Both the position numbers and the translations under genes were made by a program. Below, piece after piece: positions 19,143 to 31,438 of a stretch of DNA of 40,349 nucleotides (within the stretch, counting starts at the first letter, position 1; every line of letters begins with the position of its first letter). The notes under the pieces were generated by a model. That model was not told the DNA's origin. It made no database searches and saw nothing but the letters and a program-made list of their open reading frames with translations. The DNA comes from Chrysochromulina tobinii (lineage: Eukaryota), in assembly GCA_001275005.1 (NCBI GenBank), contig JWZX01003215.1:1-40349 (forward strand). Direction: 5' to 3'.

Positions 19143-22100
19143 TCACATCGAGCCGACGACCTTCTTGCGCACGTCCGCGGGCAGGGTGGCCAACAGCGCG
19201 GCGACCGCCTTCTGAACCGCCTCCACGCGCACCTCGCCCAGCTTCTTGTCAAGCATCGGGCCGTTCGACTCGAAGGCCGCGACGACGGCCTTATCGTCCG
19301 ACCACGCCGCCTTCTCTCCGATCCACTTGGTGAGCATGGAGAGGCACTCGGCGTGGCTCAGGGTGGTGTCCGCCACCTTGAGCTGCTTGACGATCGCGTC
19401 CTGCAGCAGCCTGCGGCGGACGCGCCAGTAGAAGTACTGGCGCGCGCGCTTCCAGGGCACAATGTCGCGGATGACGCCCTTGGCGAGCATGCGGCCCGGG
19501 CGGTCGTGCAGGTCGGCGAACTCGTGCGAGATCTGCACGTAGAGCGGCATGAGCTGCGCCTCCCGCGCGCCAATGGCCGCCTGGATGTCCTTCGTGTCGC
19601 CGAGGGCCTCGGACGAATCTGCGGCTGCGAGCTCGGCGTCGAGCTGAATCAGCTTCGAGTCGAGGCGGTGCATCGTCTTCAGCAGGTCGGGCTTGCGGAA
19701 CTTGACGTCGCAGATGCCCGGGGGCTCGAGGATGCCACCACGGGCGTTCTCGTCGACGTACATCTCCATCAATCTCGGCGTTGATCGTCGGGTCGACGAC
19801 GACCCACGCACCTCCGCGCAGCTCGCCGTTGGGCGGGATGTACACAAAGACCGGGTGCTTGTACACGCGCAGGTTGTCCACGATCTGCGCGCCGAACTTG
19901 AGCACCTCGCCGAACATGTCGCGCGTGCCGCCCGAGAAGCCACGCCAGTTGGCGAAGAGCATCACGGGCAGGTTCTCGGCGGCGTTGAAGTCGGCGAGCG
20001 CCTGCGCGGTCTTGTAGGCCGAGTCAGGGAACCAGACCTGGCCCGCCTGCGCGAGGTTGGTCTGGCGGGAGGCCGGGTTGGCCGGGTCGGCGGGGATGAT
20101 GGTCTCGGTGAGGCGCGTCTCGACGGCGATGACGCCCATCGGGATGCCGCCCAGCCGGGCGCGTCCGACGATGACGGACTTGCCCCAGCTGGCGAGGTAC
20201 TCGGTGAACGAGCCCTGGTCGAAGAAGCCAGGCTTGAAGATGCCGTCGGGGCCGGCGGCGCCCGCGAGCATCATCCGCGGGTCGTACGGGGTGTTCGGGG
20301 GGGTCCACACGATGTCGCGGTCGACGGGGTCGACGCTCGCGGCGGGCTGCTGGGACTCGAAGGCGGTGCGTGGCACGTACGAGAGCCAGCGCAGGATCTT
20401 CTCGACGCCGTCCTGGTCGTCGGTGGCGAGCTGGTGCGCGATGCCGTTCGGGAGCATGATCTGAGGTCCGCCGAGCTGATCCTGCGAGACGTAGACCTCC
20501 TTGCCGAGCAGCTTGTTGAGGGCCGAGTAGCCGGTCAGGATGAGCGGGCCCTGCTGCATCTGGATCACGCGCTGGGCGAGGCGGTTGAGGTACGCTCCGA
20601 TGCCGACCGAGCGGCCGGTGACGTACGAGAGGGTGAAGGTCTCATCGTAGGCCTTCGAGGTCTCGCCCGCGATCATGCCCGAACCGCGCAGATTCTCGAC
20701 GCCGAGGCCGTCCTGCTTGCCCACGATGTCGATGAGCTTGAAGCGCTCCTCGCCATCGTCGTTGACGAGCTCGCCGTGGAAGGTCGTGTCAGAGTTGCCG
20801 CCCATCTTGGCAGCGTCCGCCGGGGTCATGTACAGGTACTTGAAGCCCGCGGCCTCGTTCCTCGGGTCGACCCACGCGACCTTGAAGAAGGGCTTGAGCT
20901 CCTCCGCGAGGCCGATGCGCGCGCCCGAGTTGCACGCGATGTGCAGGCGCGGCAGGCCGCCGGCGCGCGCGTACTTGGAGAAGGCGTCAAAGTAATTGTC
21001 CTCCTGGATGCCAAACGAGCCCGACTGCACGGTGCAGTCGTTGGCCACGATCGCGAGCGGGCGGCCATCGGGGTACTCGGGGGTCTTGAGCGTGGCGATC
21101 CAGCCGACCATGCCGACGTCGTTGGTGCCAACGACGCGCTGCCCAGGGGCGAGCGCGCCGTTGGTGAGGAGGAGCTCCTCGACCGCAAAGATATCCGAGG
21201 GCATCGACGTGAAGCGACCGTCCGCCACAGCCGCCGACCACTCCGAGACGAGCGCCTTCTCGATCATGCCGAGGAAGTCGTACGCGTACGTGGAGCCGGC
21301 GCCGCGCGCGATCATGCGCTTGGTCGAGAGCGAGGACGAGATCGGGTACGGCTCGATGAAGCACATGGCCGTCTCGGGGTCGCCAGGCGAGCAGTAGGCC
21401 TGCGTCTCGCCGGTGATCGGGTCGAGGTACTCGACGAAGCCGTCGGTCTTGAGCCACTGGCCCGCCATGGACGAGGCGACGAGGCGAACCGCCTGGCGGC
21501 TGGCGCCCGAGCCAACGTGCGCGCGCACCTCGATCTCGTCGACACGCAGCTTGAGCAGGCGCGTCGCGTACTTGGAGATGAGGCCGCTCATCAGGTCCTT
21601 CCACGTGCCGATGATGTCCTCGACGGAAGCGCCGGGGAAGGGGCCGAGGATGTGCATCATCAGGTGCGACGAGGCGCCGGACGCGACGCGCGGGTCGAGC
21701 ATCGCGAGCTGCAGCTCGTCGAGCGCCTTCTGCATGGCCGCCTCGGCGACCACGGGGTTCTCGAGGCCAGTGCCGTGCGTGATGCCGCGCACAAAGACGC
21801 GCTGCTGCATCTTCTTCTTGTCGCCCTGGGAGCCGAGCAGCACGAGGGTGTTGCGCGAGATCGAGGGCAGGCGCTCAGGCGACCAGTTGTCCAGGCGCTT
21901 GAGCTCGAGCAGGTTGTACTGGGTCGGGAAGAGGTTGCGGCGCTGCTTGTCCTCGGTGTAGCCGTTGGCCATCGGGAACGAGAACTGGCGGGGCCACTTG
22001 GGCGGGTTGGGCACCATCAGCGAGACGAGTCGGATGCCCTTGGCCTGGAGAGCGGCCTTGTGCGAGGCGAGGGTGGCCTGGACGGTTGCGATCAGCTCCT

Positions 22101-25100
22101 CCTCGGCGTTCGCGCCGTCGGCGATCGAGCCCGCGAGGGCAATGTGGAGCGAGTTGTACGGCTCCGGCCCCTTGCCGGCGTACTCATTGACCAGGTCGCC
22201 CATCTTGGACTGCATCATCTTGAGATCCGTCACGTACGCGAGCATGCCGTAGCGCTCGGGGAACGGTGTGTCACCCTGCGCCTTGTCGGCGGCCTTGTAC
22301 TTGAACTCGATGGTGGTGGCGCCGGCCTTGGAGCCAGTGGTCATCGAGATGATGTTGAAGGTGCGGTACCAGCGCTTGAGCGCCACCTGCATGGCCGTCA
22401 GGCCGACCTCGGCGTCCCCGAAGAGGGCGAGCAGCGCGTTGGTCACGACGGAGCGCGAGACGGCGGCCTCCTCCATACCCGACTTGAGCTCGGCCTTGAG
22501 CTCGCGCACGGCCTCGTCGAAGGGCTTCTCGGCCTTCATCAGGCCGAACTTGGCCGCATTCAGCGCGACCTCCTTGTATTCGGCGCCGGGCATCTGCGAG
22601 AGGGTCACGACCACGTTGAGCGCCGGCGGCAGGGTGCGCAGCGGCTCGACGCCGAAGCGCTCCGGGAAGCCCGAGAGCTGGCGCAGCATCGAGATCACGA
22701 GGAGATTGCGCCCCTTGAGCTGCTCGTGCGCAAAGGCCATCGCATACACCTTCTGGAGGTCCTTGGGGTACGCCTTGACGAGCGCGCCCACGGCCTGGTC
22801 GGTCGACATGTCAACGAACGAGCTCTCGACGTTGACGTAGCGCGAGAGGAGGGCGCACGTGACTTCGACGGCGTTCTCGCGCAGGCCCTTGGCGTACTTG
22901 TCAATCTGCGCCGTCACGGGCGCGATGGTGATGCGCATGTCGGCCTGCTTCGATTCGAAGAGCGACTTGACGTACTCCTCCACGACGGCGCGCAGCTTGG
23001 TCACGAGGGTGGCGGTCTCGGTCGAGTCCATGCCGTTCACGTGCTCGGCGAGCGTGGCGGCGTACACCTGCTGCATCATCGCGTCGAGCTCGACGGGCAT
23101 CTTCTGGCCGAGAGCGGACGCAGCATCCTTGATCTCCTCGATGGGCAAGCTGACCGACGCGAGCGCCGAGAGCATGGCCTGCACCGCGGGCTCGGCGTCG
23201 AGCACGTAGCCGTCCATGACGAGCTCGAGCGTCTTCTGCGCCTTGCGGAAGCGCTTGAGCGTGGCGGAGCCGGTGACCATCTCCTCGCCGGTCGCGTACT
23301 CAAGGGTCCCGCTGAACGCGCCGATCTTCTTGACGCGGGACGGGTCCGCGAGCGTGAGGGAGGCGAGCAGGTCGCCCTGGTTGATGATGGAGCCCGCGGG
23401 CTTCTCGTGCTTGATCACGCCGCTCTCGGTCGCCTTCAGCGTGATGATCATCTTCATCGCCTCGGCCTCCGCGTAAGTCTCGCCTTTCTTGACGGTAGCG
23501 CCGTCCTCGACCGTGTAGCGCACGAGCTTGCCGGTGATGTCCGAGCGCAGCTCTGACGGGTCATACAGGGTCGGGAGCAGCACGGTCACGCCATCGAGCA
23601 CCATGCGAAGGCCGAGGGCCTCCTCCTTGGCGAAGACCTGGTGCGACTCGACGCCGTAGGCCACGTAGATGGAGCCGTCGGCCTGCTCGCGGTAGCGCAC
23701 CTCGATCGACTGCGCTCCAATCTTGAGGACCATCGTGTCCGGCGCCTTGGGCGTCACGCGGAACGAGTACTTGACGTCGGCGTACGTGATGTCGACCGGG
23801 ATCGACTGAAGCTCCTTCAGGGGCAGGGTCGAGAGCTGGCCCTTGCCGAGGTTGTCCTTGAAGTTGGTGATGCCGCCCTGGATCTGCTTGTAGGCGCGGA
23901 AGACGGCAGCGTTGATCACAGCCGCGGTGGGGTCAATGTCGATCGTGACGGACTTCTGGGCGATGATGCCGTCGAGCCACGCGGTGTCGATGGTGTTCGC
24001 CTTGAAGGCATCGGTCTCGAGGAGCTCGCCAAGGTACTCGATGGTCGTACGGATGTCGCCCATGATGAAGAGCTCCTTGAGGGCCATCACCAGGTTCTTG
24101 CGCGCGACCTCACGGGTGGGGCCGGTGGCGAAGAGGTGGCCAAACTGCGAGTCAGCATACTCGTGCACACCGCCGTCGGCTGTGACGGAGAAGTAGCCCC
24201 ACACGTTCGTGTTCGACTGGAAGGTGATGCGGTCGATCTTGCCCGAGGTGGGCTTGAAGCCCTCGTCGGGGTTCTCGGCGGTGATGCGCGCGGCGATCAC
24301 GTGCTTGTCGTACTGCGAGTGGCGCTTGAACGACGACAGGTCGAACTTGCCAATGCCGTCATAGTCCTGGCCGTAGAAGCGGCGGATCTCGGGGATGTTG
24401 TACAGCTTGATGCCCATCGCGATGTGGATCTGGGTTGCCGGCAGCGAGACGCCGGTGATGCCCTCGGTGACCGGGTGCTCAACCTGCAGACGCGGGTTGA
24501 GCTCGAGGAAGTAGTACTTCTTCTCCTTCGGCAGGTAGAGGTACTCGACGGTGCCTGCCGAGACGTAGTCGAGGGAGTTGCACAGGTTGCACGCGGCGCG
24601 CTGCATCTCGACGAAGATGTCCTCATCAGCGACGATGGGGGGGCCCTCCTCGAAGATCTTCTGGTAGCGACGCTGCGTCGAGCAGTCACGACCTCCGAGG
24701 GCAATGGCCGTCTCGCCGTCGGCAATGACCTGGACCTCGAGGTGGCGGGCGCCCGTGCACAGCGTCACGAGGAAGATTGGCGAGCCGGGCACCTCATTCA
24801 CGACCTGCGGCCACGCAGTGCGCAGCTCGGCCTCGGTCAAAGCCTTGCGGATGCCCTTGCCGCCGCCGCCTTCCGAGGCCTTGAGCATGACAGGGTAGCC
24901 GACGCGGTCGGCTTCCTTGACGGCCTGCTCAAGCGACGTGATGCACGCCGCATCGAAGGCCTCCTGCGGGATGCGCTTGTTCGCGTCCAGGTTCGCCGGC
25001 AGGCCGTCGCCGTTCCAGGGCGGGACAGAGACGCCAGCGGACTGAGCCACAAGGTTGGCGCCGATCTTGTCGCCGAGGATGCGCATGACGGGCGACTGCG

Positions 25101-25868
25101 GGCCCACAAAGGTGATGTCGAGGCCGAGCTCCGCGTTCTTCGCGGAGAGCAGGTCGCCCAGCTTAGGATTCTCAGAGGCGTGGCCCCAGCCGACCATCAG
25201 GGCATCCACGCCCTGCGAGATGCACAGGTCGACGATGAGCTGCACGTTGGCGTAGTTGTTCGCGTTGGAGCCGCCGGGGACCTGGACGAACTCGTCGGCG
25301 CGGCGGATGAACTCCGCATTGGCCGCGAGGTCCTCGGGCGTCGCCATCACGACGAACTTGATCGCACGCTCGTCGCCAAAGGTGTTGTAGGCCCAGTTGC
25401 GAATAGACATGATGGTCTTGGTCGCCGCCATGCCGTTGTTGGCGATCAGGATCTTGCGGATGAGCTTGCGGCCACCACGGGCCTTGACGTACTCCCACAT
25501 TTTCTCCTCGAGCTCCTTGTCCGTGTCCTTCATCGCAGCCGTGGCAACCGCCTTGATTTCGGCGGCGCCTGCAAGTGCAAGTGCGCGCACGCATGGGGTA
25601 CAAAGGGTACGCAGCACGGGGCGCGAAACGCTCAGTGGCCGTGGCGTGCGGTCGAGGCGGCGGACAACAGGAGCTCTCGGGCGTCGCGCAGCAGTTGGAG
25701 AGGGCGGCGCGTACGTTTGCCCGTCTCCATCATCGAGACGGTGCGAAGGGTCCGGTCAATGACCGGTGAGCTGAAGGCATTGCGCGCCGCCGAAGCCGGC
25801 GCGAAAGCCGCGGATCCAGTCTGAAAGCAGGCGGCTCCCGCGACGACTGCGGAGAGCACAACCGCACG
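19143..25868 (-). CDS. ACC: Homomeric (multidomain BC-BCCP-CT) acetyl-CoA carboxylase, probably plastid-targeted. Exon 25868-25715, intron 25714-25569, long exon 25568-19143 with an apparent +1 frameshift at 19770-19773. First exon/ATG unresolved (about 25870-26050).
   Basis: ILIANNGMAA, KASEGGGGKGIR, RDCSTQRRYQK, FLELNPRLQVEHPVTE, biotinylation site EAMKM, NSGARIGLAEE, GVENLRGSG, ANWRGFSGG, GELRGGAWVVVD. The C-terminus MEMYVDENARGGILEP...FADLHDRPGRMLAKG continues in the adjacent frame. Confidence 0.97.
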
Positions 25869-26648
25869 CTGCGCACAGGAGCGGGAGCAGGCGAACTGGG
25901 CGTCGGTGCGAGGCACAGGCGGGCCGGTGGCTGTCGCAGCAGGGACAGGACATGCGGGGCGGAAGCGTGTAGCGCGAGCTGCGGGCCGCATGGGCTGGCA
26001 TCGGCCGCAGCGACTACCACCGCCGCCAGCAAGTGGGTGTGCTGATTCATAAAGGGTTCAGACAGCTGCAATCGGCAACGCCATTCTGCCCACGTGTGCC
26101 GTGCCGCAGCTAATGCAGCAGCCCAGGATCCAGTCGAGGCGTCGGTGGCTGCCTGACGGCTACGATTGAAAGCAGTTGACCGAATTTTGGGTTCACCCGG
26201 ATCAGCAGGCAGCTGAGAGCCAAACGCCACGCATAGGCGCGGCTGAGAGCAGGGCAGAGGCTCACCATTGGAGGCCGCGAACGCCACCAGCGCCGAGGTG
26301 CGCTTCGGAGCTGGACGAGAGCTCGGTTGGTTCTTCCCAGCGAGATTCCTCAGCAGGTTAGGCGAGCTGCGAATGGCCCAAATTCACAGTCACCCGAAAG
26401 CCATGGCTCGCCGCCACAGAGACGCGAACCATTCGGGCCTATATCCACGACACACAAGGCATCTTCACGACACACAAGGCATCTTCGCGGCCCGACTACC
26501 GTACAATATTGTAGTTGCCTTGAGGTTTACAGATAAGCCTCCAATACTAAGGACGCTCCACCCCTACAAGTATCCGGATATTTGTCGGACCGGGGGGGTG
26601 CCCCGGTTCGTTATTCCCGTGTTTCCAGAGCAAATTCACAACGGCGCA

Positions 26649-26748
26649 ATGGCCTCCATCGACTCCGACTCCGACGACGAGGGCGAGGTGCCGCCTCTTC
26701 TCGGCCCGGGCAGCGCGGCGGCACCGAGCGTGCCCTCCGTGCCGAAGG

Positions 26749-26790
<42 letters not shown>

Positions 26791-27569
26791 CGCCGCGGCA
26801 AAAGGCTACAGCATCCTTGCCCACACCACCACCACCAGCGCCGAGCACGCAGCCGGGTGCGCACCTGAAGCCCAACAATGGGCTCAAGAAAGGGTTCCTC
26901 GGCGGCGGCGGCGGCGGCGGCGAGCGCAGCACCAACAAAGCCGCTGGCAGCGGCGGCGGCACCTCCGTGCCCATGGTGCAGGCCAGCTTGGACGCGAAGC
27001 AAAAGTCGCTCGAGCTGCCGGAGGTCCAGGCAAAGATGGAGGCGGACAGGGCCGAGGCGGCGAAGATGGCCGCAAATGGGCCGAATGGGTGGATGACCCC
27101 CGAGCTCATGACGAAGATCGCCATGTCACCCATCCTCCGCAAGGGTTTCACCGACCCGCGCTGCCAGACCGCGATGGGCGAGATGCAAGCGAATCCGGCG
27201 GCGGCGATGAAGAAGTACGGGGACGTGCCAGAGATGAAGGAGTTCCTGCAGGCGTTCGCCAAGGTGATGGCCGACCACTTTGGCAAGCTCGCCGAGAAGC
27301 AGGAGGCCGAAAAGAAGATCCAGGAGCAGCAGGCCGCTGCAGCCCTGACGCCCGAGCAGCGAAAGGCGCAGGAGGTGGCTGAGAAGGCGATGGCGGACCC
27401 GGAGGTACGCGCGATTGTGGCGGAGCCGAAGATCCAGCAGCTGATCGGGCGCATGCAGACCGGCGTCTCATTCGAGATCGAGAGGGAGATGCGCAACGAC
27501 CCCGATCTGGTTCGCAAGCTACAGAAGCTCAGCCTTGCAGGTCTCATTGGGATGGAGTTCCGCCAGTGA
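26649..27569 (+). CDS. STI1/HOP-type DP-repeat co-chaperone-like protein with low-complexity N-terminus (poly-Ser from (AGC)n at ~26751-26789)
   Basis: ATG at 26649 (MASIDSDSDDE); KKGFL motif; WMTPELM...FTDPRCQTAMGEMQANP; AMADPEVRAIVAEPKIQQLI...NDPDLVRKLQKLSLAGLI. Confidence 0.75.
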
Positions 27570-28195
27570 CACTTGCGCGACGTGCGGGCCCGCGGCAACA
27601 GGCGGAGCGCGCGAGTGGCGCAGTGCGCGAGCGAGCTTCTGAGCCGGTGACCCCACACCGCACCGCGCGGCCGGCCAAACCGGAAAGGACAGTCCCGTTC
27701 GAGAGACCTTCAATCTTCGAGACCGCGAGACGACACTCGAGCGTAGCTCCAGCCGCAGGCGCGGGGGGGGGGCGTGCGGGCCGTGTGGAGCGCAGCCGTG
27801 GAGCACGTTCTCAAACTAAATTATAGTCCGTTGAAGATTTGACGAGATACGTACACCCCAAAATGAGCGAGAACATCCGCCCGGCGAGAGGCGATGCAGG
27901 TGGTACCTCCCCCACCGGGAAGTTTGCGTAGTTTGCCATCTGCTGCCTCTCTGACCGCATGCAAGCCCCAAGCCCATACGAGATGCCCGCGCTCGAGGCG
28001 GCAAGCGCAACGGGGGGCGATCGCCCCGATCTCCCCGCGATCTGCGCCCGGACCGCTCCCAGCACCCGAGCACACCGTCCTGTGAGGACGATCGCCAGAG
28101 GGACGCAATCCGGACGCAATCCGATCCGGCCGGCAGGCTCATCCCCGCGCCATCCGAATCACCTCACATCCCGCCCGCGTGCACCCCGCGCGCAC

Positions 28196-28831
28196 TTAGG
28201 AGGCCTCCGCCTTCTTCTCCTCCGCCTTCTCCTCCGCCTTGGGTGCCGGTGGCGGCGGTGTGGGCGCCGCCGCGGCGCCGCCATACGCCAACTTGGCCTC
28301 CTCGAACACCTCCTTGAACTTCTTCGCGTTCTCCGAATTGGCGAAACGGATGGCGAGCAGCGAGCGCTCTTCCTTCTCTTCGGAGAAGTCGATGCACGTC
28401 CACACCCACGAGCGGTCGGAGCCGGCATTCTCCTTGAGGTCGATCGATGGCATCACCGCGAAGTTGGCACAGATCTTCATCGTCTTCTCGCGCCGCATTA
28501 GCAGCCGCACCTTGCCCGTTTCCTTGTGCTTCAGGAACTTTACATCGCCCGTGCCGCGCTCCTTCCACATCTTGACCTCCTTTTCCCACGAGTCGGACTC
28601 CCAGCGGAAGAGCTTTGCCCGCACCTTGTAAGTCACCTCCTCGTCCTCCTCCATCGTCGACGTCTTTACCTGCTCCAGCTTCACCACGGGCTGGAACTCC
28701 ACCTGCGCCTCCTCCTCCGGCGCGTAGCCGTTGTCATCGTCTTCCTCGCCCCCCCCCTCTGCGGCGCCATCGGTGCTGGCCGCTGCCACTTTCGGCTCCT
28801 CCGCCTTTGGCTCCGCAGCTGCGTCCGCCAT
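28196..28831 (-). CDS. RANBP1: Ran-binding protein 1 (RanBD)
   Basis: FQPVVKL...EEDEEV..K.RAKLFRW...[33 protein letters not shown]...[10 protein letters not shown]...DFSE...[15 protein letters not shown]. Confidence 0.95.
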   Translation of the reverse strand: MADAAAEPKAEEPKVAAASTDGAAEGGGEEDDDNGYAPEEEAQVEFQPVVKLEQVKTSTMEEDEEVTYKVRAKLFRWESDSWEKEVKMWKERGTGDVKFLKHKETGKVRLLMRREKTMKICANFAVMPSIDLKENAGSDRSWVWTCIDFSEEKEERSLLAIRFANSENAKKFKEVFEEAKLAYGGAAAAPTPPPPAPKAEEKAEEKKAEAS

Positions 28832-29201
28832 TCTGCACTGGTGCGTTGCTCGGCCGTGCGACAGCACGACGCACTCCAGACAGAGGCGCACGTCGGCGCC
28901 CAAGGCTATTCGCGCCGCACTTTGGTCTTCACACTTCTGAAGTGTCATTAGGTCATGTTAGGTTCGTAAACGTACGAGGGGGGTGGCGCAGAAAAAGGAT
29001 CAATTCCCAGGCTATCATGTTGTGAGCAAGACGCCAGTGTGGCTGCGCGCTCCGCCCGGGGCCCGGACCTGCTCGAAGTGCTCTGCGAGATCACGTGCTG
29101 CGAGGTCAGCCGGCGCGCCGCCCGCCGATCCTACTGCGAAGCCGGCGGATCATAAGTCGTGATTCATAAGTCGTTGCGCTAACATGGCCGCTCACTATTC
29201 C

Positions 29202-30906
29202 TTATGGCTGAATAAGCCAAAAGGATGCGGCGGATGCGCTAAGGGGGCATGAAGGGTCATGGCTGCTCAGTAGGTCAGCGATGTGAGCTGCCATGTTATC
29301 TGCCGCGATGTCCGCAGCGAGCACGCCGTATTCGATGCCGGCGTCGTGTGCGGCAGGGGCCTGTGGGCGCTCGTCTCGTCTTGTGGGCTGCGCCTGTTTG
29401 GGATCTTGGATTTTGGCATGTGGGCATCTTGGATTTGTGCATCTTGGAGATATTTCCTCTCGTCTCGTCTGTGGGCGCTCGTCTCGTCTTGAGATGCCCT
29501 CTTCGTCGGCCTTTACACCGACGTCCTTGACATCATCGCCGGCCCCGGGGGAAAAGTAGTCCCCGTACTTATGAAAAGAGACGGTCATCACGCGGTCCGT
29601 CGTGCAGAAGGCCTCCTCGACGCCGTCGCCGTGGTGGACGTACTTTGCCCTCCAGTTCGTATCGTCGTAGTGCTCCGCCGGATGCTCCGGCCCCGTCCGC
29701 ACGCCCTTCTGATCGGCAGCGTCTTCCGCCTTCACGTCCGGCTGCGGCTCGAGCATGTCGGGCATCTGCTCCATCGGCACACCTGGAGCTGCTTGCAGCA
29801 GCCGCAGGTTTTCGAGGACCTGCTGCTTAATCGTCTCCAGGTATTGCCGCGTGTTTTGGTTCTCCATGGTCGCGGACGTGGCAAAGTGGAGGGCAAAGTC
29901 GGGCCCATAATAGGCAATATAGTCGTTGTAGGGCAGCTCGTTTTCAAGCTCCTCGCCGAGCACCACGGCCGTCTCATACGTCCAGCAGCGCGCGACGTTG
30001 CGGATCGTGTAGCCGCCCCCTCCGAGGATGAGAGTGGGCAGACAATAAGTGAGCATGCGACGCACGCACTCTGCGTGGCCTCGCACGGAAAGGTTGAAGC
30101 AGCCGAGCCGATCGCCCGAGAGCGAGTCGGAGCCGCACTGCAGCACGAGCGCTGTCGGCTGATAGATCTCCATCACCTTCTGCATGACAGGCACGAAGAT
30201 ACGCTGATAGCTCTCGTCGTTCATACCGTCCTTGAGCGGAACGTTGAGCGAGTAGTACTTGCCTGCCTTCACACCGACGTCCTTGACATCGCCGGTCCCG
30301 GGGAAGAAGTAGTCCCCGTACTTATGAAAAGAGACGGTCATCACGCGGTCCGTCGTGCAGAAGGCCTCCTCGACGCCGTCGCCGTGGTGGATGTCGATGT
30401 CGAGATACAACACACGTGGGTGGTACTTAAGCAGCTCGAGGATGCCCAGCACAATGTCGTTCACGTAGCAAAATCCCGACGCCTCGGAGCGCTTCGCGTG
30501 GTGCAGGCCGCCCGCCCAGTTGATTGCCACATCAGCAATGCCATGGTTGAGCTTCATCGCGCCATCGATGGAGCCGCCCGTGTAGATGCGGCAGTAGTCG
30601 TACAGCCCATCAAAGACAGGGCAATCTTCGCCGTTGAACCGTTGCAGCTGCTTCGCAAAGTCTTGCTGCGTATCGGGCGTGACGCGCCTCATAAAGTCGA
30701 TGTACTCGGGTGAGTGAAAGAGCATCATCTCCTCGTCCGTTGCGTGGTGCGGTCGATACACATCCATCTTCTTGTACAGGTTGTAGCTCAATATGAGGTG
30801 GTGTGTCATTTGTAGCCGTTGCGGCTTCATCGGGTGGCCCGGCCCATAGTAGTACTCGCCGATGGAGGAGTCGTGGAAGTAAGACACTTTCTTCTTGCTC
30901 GCCCAT
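29202..30906 (-). CDS. Class I (RPD3/HDAC1-like) histone deacetylase, with an apparent 1-nt insertion right after the ATG and a duplicated catalytic segment in the C-tail; possibly a degenerate copy
   Basis: [84 protein letters not shown]. The only nearby ATG (30906) reads ATGGGCGAGC; removing one G gives MASKKKVSY. Confidence 0.9.
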
Positions 30907-31438
30907 TGACCTTCTACAAATACGGCCGTTTCACAGCTGGTCAGTCGTGCCAGTTTCGTCGCGGCCCCCCCGCGCTCAATGGTTATAATTCGACACCCAA
31001 GACACCGGACCGGCGTACACTGAGCTCTTCCACACACTGTGAGGTCTTCCTGTGAGCTCTGCCACGAGGCGTACCGATTCCGATACGGGCGCCACCGCCC
31101 CGCCGCGCCACACAATTCTCAGTTGCCCGCAGCGCGATTAACTAGGGATTGTTAGAAGCAAAAAGGGGGTTCACCAGTGACAGAGGGGGTGCAGCTGAAA
31201 AATGCGATATGATCAATTCACTATTCCCAGGCGCTATGCTCGTATTGCTTGTCGTGAGCAAGAGAGCCAACAGCCAAGACGAGGCCTCAGACGCCCGAGT
31301 GGGTCCTCCCGGGCGCGGGCGCCAGCCTTGAGCCTTCGTTGTTCCAGTCTACACAGCTTCGAAAATATCCAACCAGAGCTTGCATGCTTGAAGTTCGAGG
31401 CAGGCGCGGGAGGGTCATCAAGATCTCCGGATCCGAGA

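Noticed and set aside
19765..19780. Programmed ribosomal frameshift in the ACCase
   Set aside because: No slippery heptamer at the site; a homopolymer sequencing error is simpler
19693..25824. Very long plus-strand ORFs (1287 aa and 727 aa) antisense to the ACCase
   Set aside because: Shadow ORFs expected from extreme GC3 bias of the sense gene; the same applies to most other overlapping ORFs in the track
26268..26648. N-terminal extension of the STI1-domain ORF
   Set aside because: Starts at a non-ATG codon and has non-coding-like composition; more likely intergenic/promoter DNA between the divergent ACCase and STI1 genes
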